Origin: Flectonema sp. DT1601
Lineage: Eukaryota
Assembly: GCA_964019425.1 (NCBI GenBank)
Contig: OZ025797.1
Location: forward strand, 620,001 to 684,000
Reading direction: 5' to 3'
Length of the DNA: 64,000 bases
Positions 32,744 to 45,700 of this stretch are shown one piece after another. The notes below the pieces were generated by a model. It had not been told where the DNA came from, did not search any database, and saw only the letters and a list, made by a program, of their open reading frames with translations. The position numbers were made by a program, and so were the translations under genes. Position 1 is the stretch's first letter; each line of letters begins with the position of its first letter.

Positions 32744-35700
32744 GAGTTGAATTTCCAGGTGAGATTTGGACTGTTAGCTTTTGGCTAAGGCCCTCCCTGA
32801 AGAGCAAGAACAAAAAAACTACTCACACCTGAAGAAAACATACACAAAGAACACACTGTAAGCTGTGTGTGTATTTTGTGTTTGTCACAACAGGAGAGAA
32901 AAGAAAGAATGTCAAGGTTGGTCACCTTGCCTATCAACGCACAACATTGGTGGTCTCTACTAGACCCTGAGTGATCCCACTGGATCTCTCATCGTTCATA
33001 GTACCCTGTGTGAAGTTATAAAATCAAAGGTAAACTATGAACTACAAATGACTTAGCCTGTTATTATAATGCCACAGGCAGGCCCTGCATTCAGCAACTA
33101 TCCAGCAGTGCTTGGATGTCCTGATCTTCTTCTAAAAAAAAGAAAGAAAAACAAAACTGTAGCTGGGATCACTCAGGATCAACAGACTACCAATGCTACC
33201 TGTTGTACTTGCTCACTATGGGGGGTGATGCCAAACACCCAGAAGTACTTAACTGCTTTCCTTCTTGCTGCCCAGGAGTTTCTGACCAGAACTAATAGAA
33301 AATAAAAAGTAGATGGGAAACAATAAAAAGTAAAATGGATATAACTGAAGTTAAACAAGACAAATGAAGTAACAGACCAGAACAGAAAGAGAATTGTAAT
33401 AGAAGATTACAAATAAAAAAATGCAAGTATCAACACATGATCAGGATACACCAGCAGCTAACAAACAACATAAAATTGAAGATCAGTTGCCAGAGTATTT
33501 CAACCATGGTAGAATACTCGCCCCTCTGGCAGGGATTATCCCAGACTTGTCCTTTAATTTAGTTGGACACCATGGCTTACAACCCTTCCAGAGGGAAGCA
33601 CCATTATGACTTCTATTTTTTTTCTTCAAGAAAATCATAAGGTGGGAACAAAGAAAAATGCTAAGAGGAACCCCCTATTAACACCTAAGACATCTAAACT
33701 GCAGCCCAGCCTATGCCCAATGCACTAACAGGTCATTCCCTCACACTCAGATCAAAAAATCAAAGTTCAGAGTGCATCTTAGCGTGAATGAGAGAATTTC
33801 CTCCCGCTCATTTTGAACAAAAGGGATAGGAGAAGGGATAGAAAACGAACATAAAAATAAAATTCTAAGTGAGAAACACTTAGCAGAAACACTTAGCAGC
33901 TTTTAAGGAGCTGAAAAGCAAAAAAAAAATCTAAGTGAGAAACACTTAGTAGAAACAATTTGTAGCTAATTAAGCTGAAAATAAAAAAATAAAAAATTTC
34001 TAAGTGAGAAATACTTAGCAACTTTTAGAACAAATATTTCAGTAAATAACCTGTAATGATTAAACCATTACAAGTTTGATGCCAAAACTGACAAGGACTG
34101 AGTTGAATTTCCAGGTGAGATTTGGACTGTTAGCTTTTGGCTAAGGCCCTCCCTGAAGAGCAAGAACAAAAAAACTACTCACACCTGAAGAAAACATACA
34201 CAAAGAACACACTGTAAGCTGTGTGTGTATTTTGTGTTTGTCACAACAGGAGAGAAAAGAAAGAATGTCAAGGTTGGTCACCTTGCCTATCAACGCACAA
34301 CATTGGTGGTCTCTACTAGACCCTGAGTGATCCCACTGGATCTCTCATCGTTCATAGTACCCTGTGTGAAGTTATAAAATCAAAGGTAAACTATGAACTA
34401 CAAATGACTTAGCCTGTTATTATAATGCCACAGGCAGGCCCTGCATTCAGCAACTATCCAGCAGTGCTTGGATGTCCTGATCTTCTTCTAAAAAAAAGAA
34501 AGAAAAACAAAACTGTAGCTGGGATCACTCAGGATCAACAGACTACCAATGCTACCTGTTGTACTTGCTCACTATGGGGGGTGATGCCAAACACCCAGAA
34601 GTACTTAACTGCTTTCCTTCTTGCTGCCCAGGAGTTTCTGACCAGAACTAATAGAAAATAAAAAGTAGATGGGAAACAATAAAAAGTAAAATGGATATAA
34701 CTGAAGTTAAACAAGACAAATGAAGTAACAGACCAGAACAGAAAGAGAATTGTAATAGAAGATTACAAATAAAAAAATGCAAGTATCAACACATGATCAG
34801 GATACACCAGCAGCTAACAAACAACATAAAATTGAAGATCAGTTGCCAGAGTATTTCAACCATGGTAGAATACTCGCCCCTCTGGCAGGGATTATCCCAG
34901 ACTTGTCCTTTAATTTAGTTGGACACCATGGCTTACAACCCTTCCAGAGGGAAGCACCATTATGACTTCTATTTTTTTTCTTCAAGAAAATCATAAGGTG
35001 GGAACAAAGAAAAATGCTAAGAGGAACCCCCTATTAACACCTAAGACATCTAAACTGCAGCCCAGCCTATGCCCAATGCACTAACAGGTCATTCCCTCAC
35101 ACTCAGATCAAAAAATCAAAGTTCAGAGTGCATCTTAGCGTGAATGAGAGAATTTCCTCCCGCTCATTTTGAACAAAAGGGATAGGAGAAGGGATAGAAA
35201 ACGAACATAAAAATAAAATTCTAAGTGAGAAACACTTAGCAGAAACACTTAGCAGCTTTTAAGGAGCTGAAAAGCAAAAAAAAAATCTAAGTGAGAAACA
35301 CTTAGTAGAAACAATTTGTAGCTAATTAAGCTGAAAATAAAAAAATAAAAAATTTCTAAGTGAGAAATACTTAGCAACTTTTAGAACAAATATTTCAGTA
35401 AATAACCTGTAATGATTAAACCATTACAAGTTTGATGCCAAAACTGACAAGGACTGAGTTGAATTTCCAGGTGAGATTTGGACTGTTAGCTTTTGGCTAA
35501 GGCCCTCCCTGAAGAGCAAGAACAAAAAAACTACTCACACCTGAAGAAAACATACACAAAGAACACACTGTAAGCTGTGTGTGTATTTTGTGTTTGTCAC
35601 AACAGGAGAGAAAAGAAAGAATGTCAAGGTTGGTCACCTTGCCTATCAACGCACAACATTGGTGGTCTCTACTAGACCCTGAGTGATCCCACTGGATCTC

Positions 35701-38700
35701 TCATCGTTCATAGTACCCTGTGTGAAGTTATAAAATCAAAGGTAAACTATGAACTACAAATGACTTAGCCTGTTATTATAATGCCACAGGCAGGCCCTGC
35801 ATTCAGCAACTATCCAGCAGTGCTTGGATGTCCTGATCTTCTTCTAAAAAAAAGAAAGAAAAACAAAACTGTAGCTGGGATCACTCAGGATCAACAGACT
35901 ACCAATGCTACCTGTTGTACTTGCTCACTATGGGGGGTGATGCCAAACACCCAGAAGTACTTAACTGCTTTCCTTCTTGCTGCCCAGGAGTTTCTGACCA
36001 GAACTAATAGAAAATAAAAAGTAGATGGGAAACAATAAAAAGTAAAATGGATATAACTGAAGTTAAACAAGACAAATGAAGTAACAGACCAGAACAGAAA
36101 GAGAATTGTAATAGAAGATTACAAATAAAAAAATGCAAGTATCAACACATGATCAGGATACACCAGCAGCTAACAAACAACATAAAATTGAAGATCAGTT
36201 GCCAGAGTATTTCAACCATGGTAGAATACTCGCCCCTCTGGCAGGGATTATCCCAGACTTGTCCTTTAATTTAGTTGGACACCATGGCTTACAACCCTTC
36301 CAGAGGGAAGCACCATTATGACTTCTATTTTTTTTCTTCAAGAAAATCATAAGGTGGGAACAAAGAAAAATGCTAAGAGGAACCCCCTATTAACACCTAA
36401 GACATCTAAACTGCAGCCCAGCCTATGCCCAATGCACTAACAGGTCATTCCCTCACACTCAGATCAAAAAATCAAAGTTCAGAGTGCATCTTAGCGTGAA
36501 TGAGAGAATTTCCTCCCGCTCATTTTGAACAAAAGGGATAGGAGAAGGGATAGAAAACGAACATAAAAATAAAATTCTAAGTGAGAAACACTTAGCAGAA
36601 ACACTTAGCAGCTTTTAAGGAGCTGAAAAGCAAAAAAAAAATCTAAGTGAGAAACACTTAGTAGAAACAATTTGTAGCTAATTAAGCTGAAAATAAAAAA
36701 ATAAAAAATTTCTAAGTGAGAAATACTTAGCAACTTTTAGAACAAATATTTCAGTAAATAACCTGTAATGATTAAACCATTACAAGTTTGATGCCAAAAC
36801 TGACAAGGACTGAGTTGAATTTCCAGGTGAGATTTGGACTGTTAGCTTTTGGCTAAGGCCCTCCCTGAAGAGCAAGAACAAAAAAACTACTCACACCTGA
36901 AGAAAACATACACAAAGAACACACTGTAAGCTGTGTGTGTATTTTGTGTTTGTCACAACAGGAGAGAAAAGAAAGAATGTCAAGGTTGGTCACCTTGCCT
37001 ATCAACGCACAACATTGGTGGTCTCTACTAGACCCTGAGTGATCCCACTGGATCTCTCATCGTTCATAGTACCCTGTGTGAAGTTATAAAATCAAAGGTA
37101 AACTATGAACTACAAATGACTTAGCCTGTTATTATAATGCCACAGGCAGGCCCTGCATTCAGCAACTATCCAGCAGTGCTTGGATGTCCTGATCTTCTTC
37201 TAAAAAAAAGAAAGAAAAACAAAACTGTAGCTGGGATCACTCAGGATCAACAGACTACCAATGCTACCTGTTGTACTTGCTCACTATGGGGGGTGATGCC
37301 AAACACCCAGAAGTACTTAACTGCTTTCCTTCTTGCTGCCCAGGAGTTTCTGACCAGAACTAATAGAAAATAAAAAGTAGATGGGAAACAATAAAAAGTA
37401 AAATGGATATAACTGAAGTTAAACAAGACAAATGAAGTAACAGACCAGAACAGAAAGAGAATTGTAATAGAAGATTACAAATAAAAAAATGCAAGTATCA
37501 ACACATGATCAGGATACACCAGCAGCTAACAAACAACATAAAATTGAAGATCAGTTGCCAGAGTATTTCAACCATGGTAGAATACTCGCCCCTCTGGCAG
37601 GGATTATCCCAGACTTGTCCTTTAATTTAGTTGGACACCATGGCTTACAACCCTTCCAGAGGGAAGCACCATTATGACTTCTATTTTTTTTCTTCAAGAA
37701 AATCATAAGGTGGGAACAAAGAAAAATGCTAAGAGGAACCCCCTATTAACACCTAAGACATCTAAACTGCAGCCCAGCCTATGCCCAATGCACTAACAGG
37801 TCATTCCCTCACACTCAGATCAAAAAATCAAAGTTCAGAGTGCATCTTAGCGTGAATGAGAGAATTTCCTCCCGCTCATTTTGAACAAAAGGGATAGGAG
37901 AAGGGATAGAAAACGAACATAAAAATAAAATTCTAAGTGAGAAACACTTAGCAGAAACACTTAGCAGCTTTTAAGGAGCTGAAAAGCAAAAAAAAAATCT
38001 AAGTGAGAAACACTTAGTAGAAACAATTTGTAGCTAATTAAGCTGAAAATAAAAAAATAAAAAATTTCTAAGTGAGAAATACTTAGCAACTTTTAGAACA
38101 AATATTTCAGTAAATAACCTGTAATGATTAAACCATTACAAGTTTGATGCCAAAACTGACAAGGACTGAGTTGAATTTCCAGGTGAGATTTGGACTGTTA
38201 GCTTTTGGCTAAGGCCCTCCCTGAAGAGCAAGAACAAAAAAACTACTCACACCTGAAGAAAACATACACAAAGAACACACTGTAAGCTGTGTGTGTATTT
38301 TGTGTTTGTCACAACAGGAGAGAAAAGAAAGAATGTCAAGGTTGGTCACCTTGCCTATCAACGCACAACATTGGTGGTCTCTACTAGACCCTGAGTGATC
38401 CCACTGGATCTCTCATCGTTCATAGTACCCTGTGTGAAGTTATAAAATCAAAGGTAAACTATGAACTACAAATGACTTAGCCTGTTATTATAATGCCACA
38501 GGCAGGCCCTGCATTCAGCAACTATCCAGCAGTGCTTGGATGTCCTGATCTTCTTCTAAAAAAAAGAAAGAAAAACAAAACTGTAGCTGGGATCACTCAG
38601 GATCAACAGACTACCAATGCTACCTGTTGTACTTGCTCACTATGGGGGGTGATGCCAAACACCCAGAAGTACTTAACTGCTTTCCTTCTTGCTGCCCAGG

Positions 38701-41700
38701 AGTTTCTGACCAGAACTAATAGAAAATAAAAAGTAGATGGGAAACAATAAAAAGTAAAATGGATATAACTGAAGTTAAACAAGACAAATGAAGTAACAGA
38801 CCAGAACAGAAAGAGAATTGTAATAGAAGATTACAAATAAAAAAATGCAAGTATCAACACATGATCAGGATACACCAGCAGCTAACAAACAACATAAAAT
38901 TGAAGATCAGTTGCCAGAGTATTTCAACCATGGTAGAATACTCGCCCCTCTGGCAGGGATTATCCCAGACTTGTCCTTTAATTTAGTTGGACACCATGGC
39001 TTACAACCCTTCCAGAGGGAAGCACCATTATGACTTCTATTTTTTTTCTTCAAGAAAATCATAAGGTGGGAACAAAGAAAAATGCTAAGAGGAACCCCCT
39101 ATTAACACCTAAGACATCTAAACTGCAGCCCAGCCTATGCCCAATGCACTAACAGGTCATTCCCTCACACTCAGATCAAAAAATCAAAGTTCAGAGTGCA
39201 TCTTAGCGTGAATGAGAGAATTTCCTCCCGCTCATTTTGAACAAAAGGGATAGGAGAAGGGATAGAAAACGAACATAAAAATAAAATTCTAAGTGAGAAA
39301 CACTTAGCAGAAACACTTAGCAGCTTTTAAGGAGCTGAAAAGCAAAAAAAAAATCTAAGTGAGAAACACTTAGTAGAAACAATTTGTAGCTAATTAAGCT
39401 GAAAATAAAAAAATAAAAAATTTCTAAGTGAGAAATACTTAGCAACTTTTAGAACAAATATTTCAGTAAATAACCTGTAATGATTAAACCATTACAAGTT
39501 TGATGCCAAAACTGACAAGGACTGAGTTGAATTTCCAGGTGAGATTTGGACTGTTAGCTTTTGGCTAAGGCCCTCCCTGAAGAGCAAGAACAAAAAAACT
39601 ACTCACACCTGAAGAAAACATACACAAAGAACACACTGTAAGCTGTGTGTGTATTTTGTGTTTGTCACAACAGGAGAGAAAAGAAAGAATGTCAAGGTTG
39701 GTCACCTTGCCTATCAACGCACAACATTGGTGGTCTCTACTAGACCCTGAGTGATCCCACTGGATCTCTCATCGTTCATAGTACCCTGTGTGAAGTTATA
39801 AAATCAAAGGTAAACTATGAACTACAAATGACTTAGCCTGTTATTATAATGCCACAGGCAGGCCCTGCATTCAGCAACTATCCAGCAGTGCTTGGATGTC
39901 CTGATCTTCTTCTAAAAAAAAGAAAGAAAAACAAAACTGTAGCTGGGATCACTCAGGATCAACAGACTACCAATGCTACCTGTTGTACTTGCTCACTATG
40001 GGGGGTGATGCCAAACACCCAGAAGTACTTAACTGCTTTCCTTCTTGCTGCCCAGGAGTTTCTGACCAGAACTAATAGAAAATAAAAAGTAGATGGGAAA
40101 CAATAAAAAGTAAAATGGATATAACTGAAGTTAAACAAGACAAATGAAGTAACAGACCAGAACAGAAAGAGAATTGTAATAGAAGATTACAAATAAAAAA
40201 ATGCAAGTATCAACACATGATCAGGATACACCAGCAGCTAACAAACAACATAAAATTGAAGATCAGTTGCCAGAGTATTTCAACCATGGTAGAATACTCG
40301 CCCCTCTGGCAGGGATTATCCCAGACTTGTCCTTTAATTTAGTTGGACACCATGGCTTACAACCCTTCCAGAGGGAAGCACCATTATGACTTCTATTTTT
40401 TTTCTTCAAGAAAATCATAAGGTGGGAACAAAGAAAAATGCTAAGAGGAACCCCCTATTAACACCTAAGACATCTAAACTGCAGCCCAGCCTATGCCCAA
40501 TGCACTAACAGGTCATTCCCTCACACTCAGATCAAAAAATCAAAGTTCAGAGTGCATCTTAGCGTGAATGAGAGAATTTCCTCCCGCTCATTTTGAACAA
40601 AAGGGATAGGAGAAGGGATAGAAAACGAACATAAAAATAAAATTCTAAGTGAGAAACACTTAGCAGAAACACTTAGCAGCTTTTAAGGAGCTGAAAAGCA
40701 AAAAAAAAATCTAAGTGAGAAACACTTAGTAGAAACAATTTGTAGCTAATTAAGCTGAAAATAAAAAAATAAAAAATTTCTAAGTGAGAAATACTTAGCA
40801 ACTTTTAGAACAAATATTTCAGTAAATAACCTGTAATGATTAAACCATTACAAGTTTGATGCCAAAACTGACAAGGACTGAGTTGAATTTCCAGGTGAGA
40901 TTTGGACTGTTAGCTTTTGGCTAAGGCCCTCCCTGAAGAGCAAGAACAAAAAAACTACTCACACCTGAAGAAAACATACACAAAGAACACACTGTAAGCT
41001 GTGTGTGTATTTTGTGTTTGTCACAACAGGAGAGAAAAGAAAGAATGTCAAGGTTGGTCACCTTGCCTATCAACGCACAACATTGGTGGTCTCTACTAGA
41101 CCCTGAGTGATCCCACTGGATCTCTCATCGTTCATAGTACCCTGTGTGAAGTTATAAAATCAAAGGTAAACTATGAACTACAAATGACTTAGCCTGTTAT
41201 TATAATGCCACAGGCAGGCCCTGCATTCAGCAACTATCCAGCAGTGCTTGGATGTCCTGATCTTCTTCTAAAAAAAAGAAAGAAAAACAAAACTGTAGCT
41301 GGGATCACTCAGGATCAACAGACTACCAATGCTACCTGTTGTACTTGCTCACTATGGGGGGTGATGCCAAACACCCAGAAGTACTTAACTGCTTTCCTTC
41401 TTGCTGCCCAGGAGTTTCTGACCAGAACTAATAGAAAATAAAAAGTAGATGGGAAACAATAAAAAGTAAAATGGATATAACTGAAGTTAAACAAGACAAA
41501 TGAAGTAACAGACCAGAACAGAAAGAGAATTGTAATAGAAGATTACAAATAAAAAAATGCAAGTATCAACACATGATCAGGATACACCAGCAGCTAACAA
41601 ACAACATAAAATTGAAGATCAGTTGCCAGAGTATTTCAACCATGGTAGAATACTCGCCCCTCTGGCAGGGATTATCCCAGACTTGTCCTTTAATTTAGTT

Positions 41701-42371
41701 GGACACCATGGCTTACAACCCTTCCAGAGGGAAGCACCATTATGACTTCTATTTTTTTTCTTCAAGAAAATCATAAGGTGGGAACAAAGAAAAATGCTAA
41801 GAGGAACCCCCTATTAACACCTAAGACATCTAAACTGCAGCCCAGCCTATGCCCAATGCACTAACAGGTCATTCCCTCACACTCAGATCAAAAAATCAAA
41901 GTTCAGAGTGCATCTTAGCGTGAATGAGAGAATTTCCTCCCGCTCATTTTGAACAAAAGGGATAGGAGAAGGGATAGAAAACGAACATAAAAATAAAATT
42001 CTAAGTGAGAAACACTTAGCAGAATCACTTAGCAGCTTTTAAGGAGCTGAAAAGCAAAAAAAAAATCTAAGTGAGAAACACTTAGTAGAAACAATTTGTA
42101 GCTAATTAAGCTGAAAATAAAAAAATAAAAAATTTCTAAGTGAGAAATACTTAGCAACTTTTAGAACAAATATTTCAGTAAATAACCTGTAATGATTAAA
42201 CCATTACAAGTTTGATGCCAAAACTGACAAGGACTGAGTTGAATTTCCAGGTGAGATTTGGACTGTTAGCTTTTGGCTAAGGCCCTCCCTGAAGAGCAAG
42301 AACAAAAAAACTACTCACACCTGAAGAAAACATACACAAAGAACACACTGTAAGCTGTGTGTGTATTTTGT

Positions 42372-42752
42372 CATCAGGACATCCAAGCACTGCTGGATAG
42401 TTGCTGAATGCAGGGCCTGCCTGTGGCATTATAATAACAGGCTAAGTCATTTGTAGTTCATAGTTTACCTTTGATTTTATAACTTCACATAGGTACTATG
42501 AACGATGAGAGATCCAGTGGGATCACTCAGGGTCTAGTAGAGACCACCAATGTTGTGCGTTGATAGGCAAGGTGACCAACCTTGACATTCTTTCTTTTCT
42601 CTCCTGTTGTGACAAACACAAAATACACACACAGCTTACAGTGTGTTCTTTGTGTATGTTTTCTTCAGGTGTGAGTAGTTTTTTTGTTCTTGCTCTTCAG
42701 GGAGGGCCTTAGCCAAAAGCTAACAGTCCAAATCTCACCTGGTAAATTCAAC
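42372..42752 (-). repeat. Inverted 381-bp fragment of a variant unit inserted within the array
   Basis: Reverse complement runs GTTGAATTTACCAGG...GGATGTCCTGAT; explains the 1,736-bp spacing between 41205 and 42941. Confidence 0.95.
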
Positions 42753-45700
42753 TTTGTCACAACAGGAGAGAAAAGAAAGAATGTCAAGGTTGGTCACCTT
42801 GCCTATCAACGCACAACATTGGTGGTCTCTACTAGACCCTGAGTGATCCCACTGGATCTCTCATCGTTCATAGTACCCTGTGTGAAGTTATAAAATCAAA
42901 GGTAAACTATGAACTACAAATGACTTAGCCTGTTATTATAATGCCACAGGCAGGCCCTGCATTCAGCAACTATCCAGCAGTGCTTGGATGTCCTGATCTT
43001 CTTCTAAAAAAAAGAAAGAAAAACAAAACTGTAGCTGGGATCACTCAGGATCAACAGACTACCAATGCTACCTGTTGTACTTGCTCACTATGGGGGGTGA
43101 TGCCAAACACCCAGAAGTACTTAACTGCTTTCCTTCTTGCTGCCCAGGAGTTTCTGACCAGAACTAATAGAAAATAAAAAGTAGATGGGAAACAATAAAA
43201 AGCAAAATGGATATAACTGAAGTTAAACAAGACAAATGAAGTAACAGACCAGAACAGAAAGAGAATTGTAATAGAAGATTACAAATAAAAAAATGCAAGT
43301 ATCAACACATGATCAGGATACACCAGCAGCTAACAAACAACATAAAATTGAAGATCAGTTGCCAGAGTATTTCAACCATGGTAGAATACTCGCCCCTCTG
43401 GCAGGGATTATCCCAGACTTGTCCTTTAATTTAGTTGGACACCATGGCTTACAACCCTTCCAGAGGGAAGCACCATTATGACTTCTATTTTTTTTCTTCA
43501 AGAAAATCATAAGGTGGGAACAAAGAAAAATGCTAAGAGGAACCCCCTATTAACACCTAAGACATCTAAACTGCAGCCCAGCCTATGCCCAATGCACTAA
43601 CAGGTCATTCCCTCACACTCAGATCAAAAAATCAAAGTTCAGAGTGCATCTTAGCGTGAATGAGAGAATTTCCTCCCGCTCATTTTGAACAAAAGGGATA
43701 GGAGAAGGGATAGAAAACGAACATAAAAATAAAATTCTAAGTGAGAAACACTTAGCAGAAACACTTAGCAGCTTTTAAGGAGCTGAAAAGCAAAAAAAAA
43801 ATCTAAGTGAGAAACACTTAGTAGAAACAATTTGTAGCTAATTAAGCTGAAAATAAAAAAATAAAAAATTTCTAAGTGAGAAATACTTAGCAACTTTTAG
43901 AACAAATATTTCAGTAAATAACCTGTAATGATTAAACCATTACAAGTTTGATGCCAAAACTGACAAGGACTGAGTTGAATTTCCAGGTGAGATTTGGACT
44001 GTTAGCTTTTGGCTAAGGCCCTCCCTGAAGAGCAAGAACAAAAAAACTACTCACACCTGAAGAAAACATACACAAAGAACACACTGTAAGCTGTGTGTGT
44101 ATTTTGTGTTTGTCACAACAGGAGAGAAAAGAAAGAATGTCAAGGTTGGTCACCTTGCCTATCAACGCACAACATTGGTGGTCTCTACTAGACCCTGAGT
44201 GATCCCACTGGATCTCTCATCGTTCATAGTACCCTGTGTGAAGTTATAAAATCAAAGGTAAACTATGAACTACAAATGACTTAGCCTGTTATTATAATGC
44301 CACAGGCAGGCCCTGCATTCAGCAACTATCCAGCAGTGCTTGGATGTCCTGATCTTCTTCTAAAAAAAAGAAAGAAAAACAAAACTGTAGCTGGGATCAC
44401 TCAGGATCAACAGACTACCAATGCTACCTGTTGTACTTGCTCACTATGGGGGGTGATGCCAAACACCCAGAAGTACTTAACTGCTTTCCTTCTTGCTGCC
44501 CAGGAGTTTCTGACCAGAACTAATAGAAAATAAAAAGTAGATGGGAAACAATAAAAAGTAAAATGGATATAACTGAAGTTAAACAAGACAAATGAAGTAA
44601 CAGACCAGAACAGAAAGAGAATTGTAATAGAAGATTACAAATAAAAAAATGCAAGTATCAACACATGATCAGGATACACCAGCAGCTAACAAACAACATA
44701 AAATTGAAGATCAGTTGCCAGAGTATTTCAACCATGGTAGAATACTCGCCCCTCTGGCAGGGATTATCCCAGACTTGTCCTTTAATTTAGTTGGACACCA
44801 TGGCTTACAACCCTTCCAGAGGGAAGCACCATTATGACTTCTATTTTTTTTCTTCAAGAAAATCATAAGGTGGGAACAAAGAAAAATGCTAAGAGGAACC
44901 CCCTATTAACACCTAAGACATCTAAACTGCAGCCCAGCCTATGCCCAATGCACTAACAGGTCATTCCCTCACACTCAGATCAAAAAATCAAAGTTCAGAG
45001 TGCATCTTAGCGTGAATGAGAGAATTTCCTCCCGCTCATTTTGAACAAAAGGGATAGGAGAAGGGATAGAAAACGAACATAAAAATAAAATTCTAAGTGA
45101 GAAACACTTAGCAGAAACACTTAGCAGCTTTTAAGGAGCTGAAAAGCAAAAAAAAAATCTAAGTGAGAAACACTTAGTAGAAACAATTTGTAGCTAATTA
45201 AGCTGAAAATAAAAAAATAAAAAATTTCTAAGTGAGAAATACTTAGCAACTTTTAGAACAAATATTTCAGTAAATAACCTGTAATGATTAAACCATTACA
45301 AGTTTGATGCCAAAACTGACAAGGACTGAGTTGAATTTCCAGGTGAGATTTGGACTGTTAGCTTTTGGCTAAGGCCCTCCCTGAAGAGCAAGAACAAAAA
45401 AACTACTCACACCTGAAGAAAACATACACAAAGAACACACTGTAAGCTGTGTGTGTATTTTGTGTTTGTCACAACAGGAGAGAAAAGAAAGAATGTCAAG
45501 GTTGGTCACCTTGCCTATCAACGCACAACATTGGTGGTCTCTACTAGACCCTGAGTGATCCCACTGGATCTCTCATCGTTCATAGTACCCTGTGTGAAGT
45601 TATAAAATCAAAGGTAAACTATGAACTACAAATGACTTAGCCTGTTATTATAATGCCACAGGCAGGCCCTGCATTCAGCAACTATCCAGCAGTGCTTGGA

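Noticed and set aside
32775..32790. U2 snRNA (CTTTTGGCTAAG)
   Set aside because: The flanking U2 sequence (ATCAAGT and the branch-pairing region) is absent; this is a local hairpin only.
32795..32840. Hammerhead ribozyme core (CTGAAGA twice per unit)
   Set aside because: I could not build stem II followed by GAAA and a stem III/UH site; no CUGANGA occurs on the minus strand of the unit.
33150..33165. Spliced-leader RNA gene array (minus-strand AGCTACAGTTT resembles part of euglenozoan SL exons)
   Set aside because: The match is only about 11 nt; the following CTGTACTTTATTG/GTA exon end and donor are absent.
33069..33609. Repeated 78-aa (MPQAGP...) and 62-aa (MQVSTH...) ORFs in every array unit
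   Set aside because: No recognisable domain; they run through A-tracts and hairpins, and diverged flanking copies carry premature stops. They recur only because the DNA repeats.
33560..33615. Twister-like motif on the minus strand (TAA...GC...GGTTGTAAGCC)
   Set aside because: The required P2 3' strand, GA and pseudoknot partner could not be placed; a covariance-model scan would be needed to reconsider.
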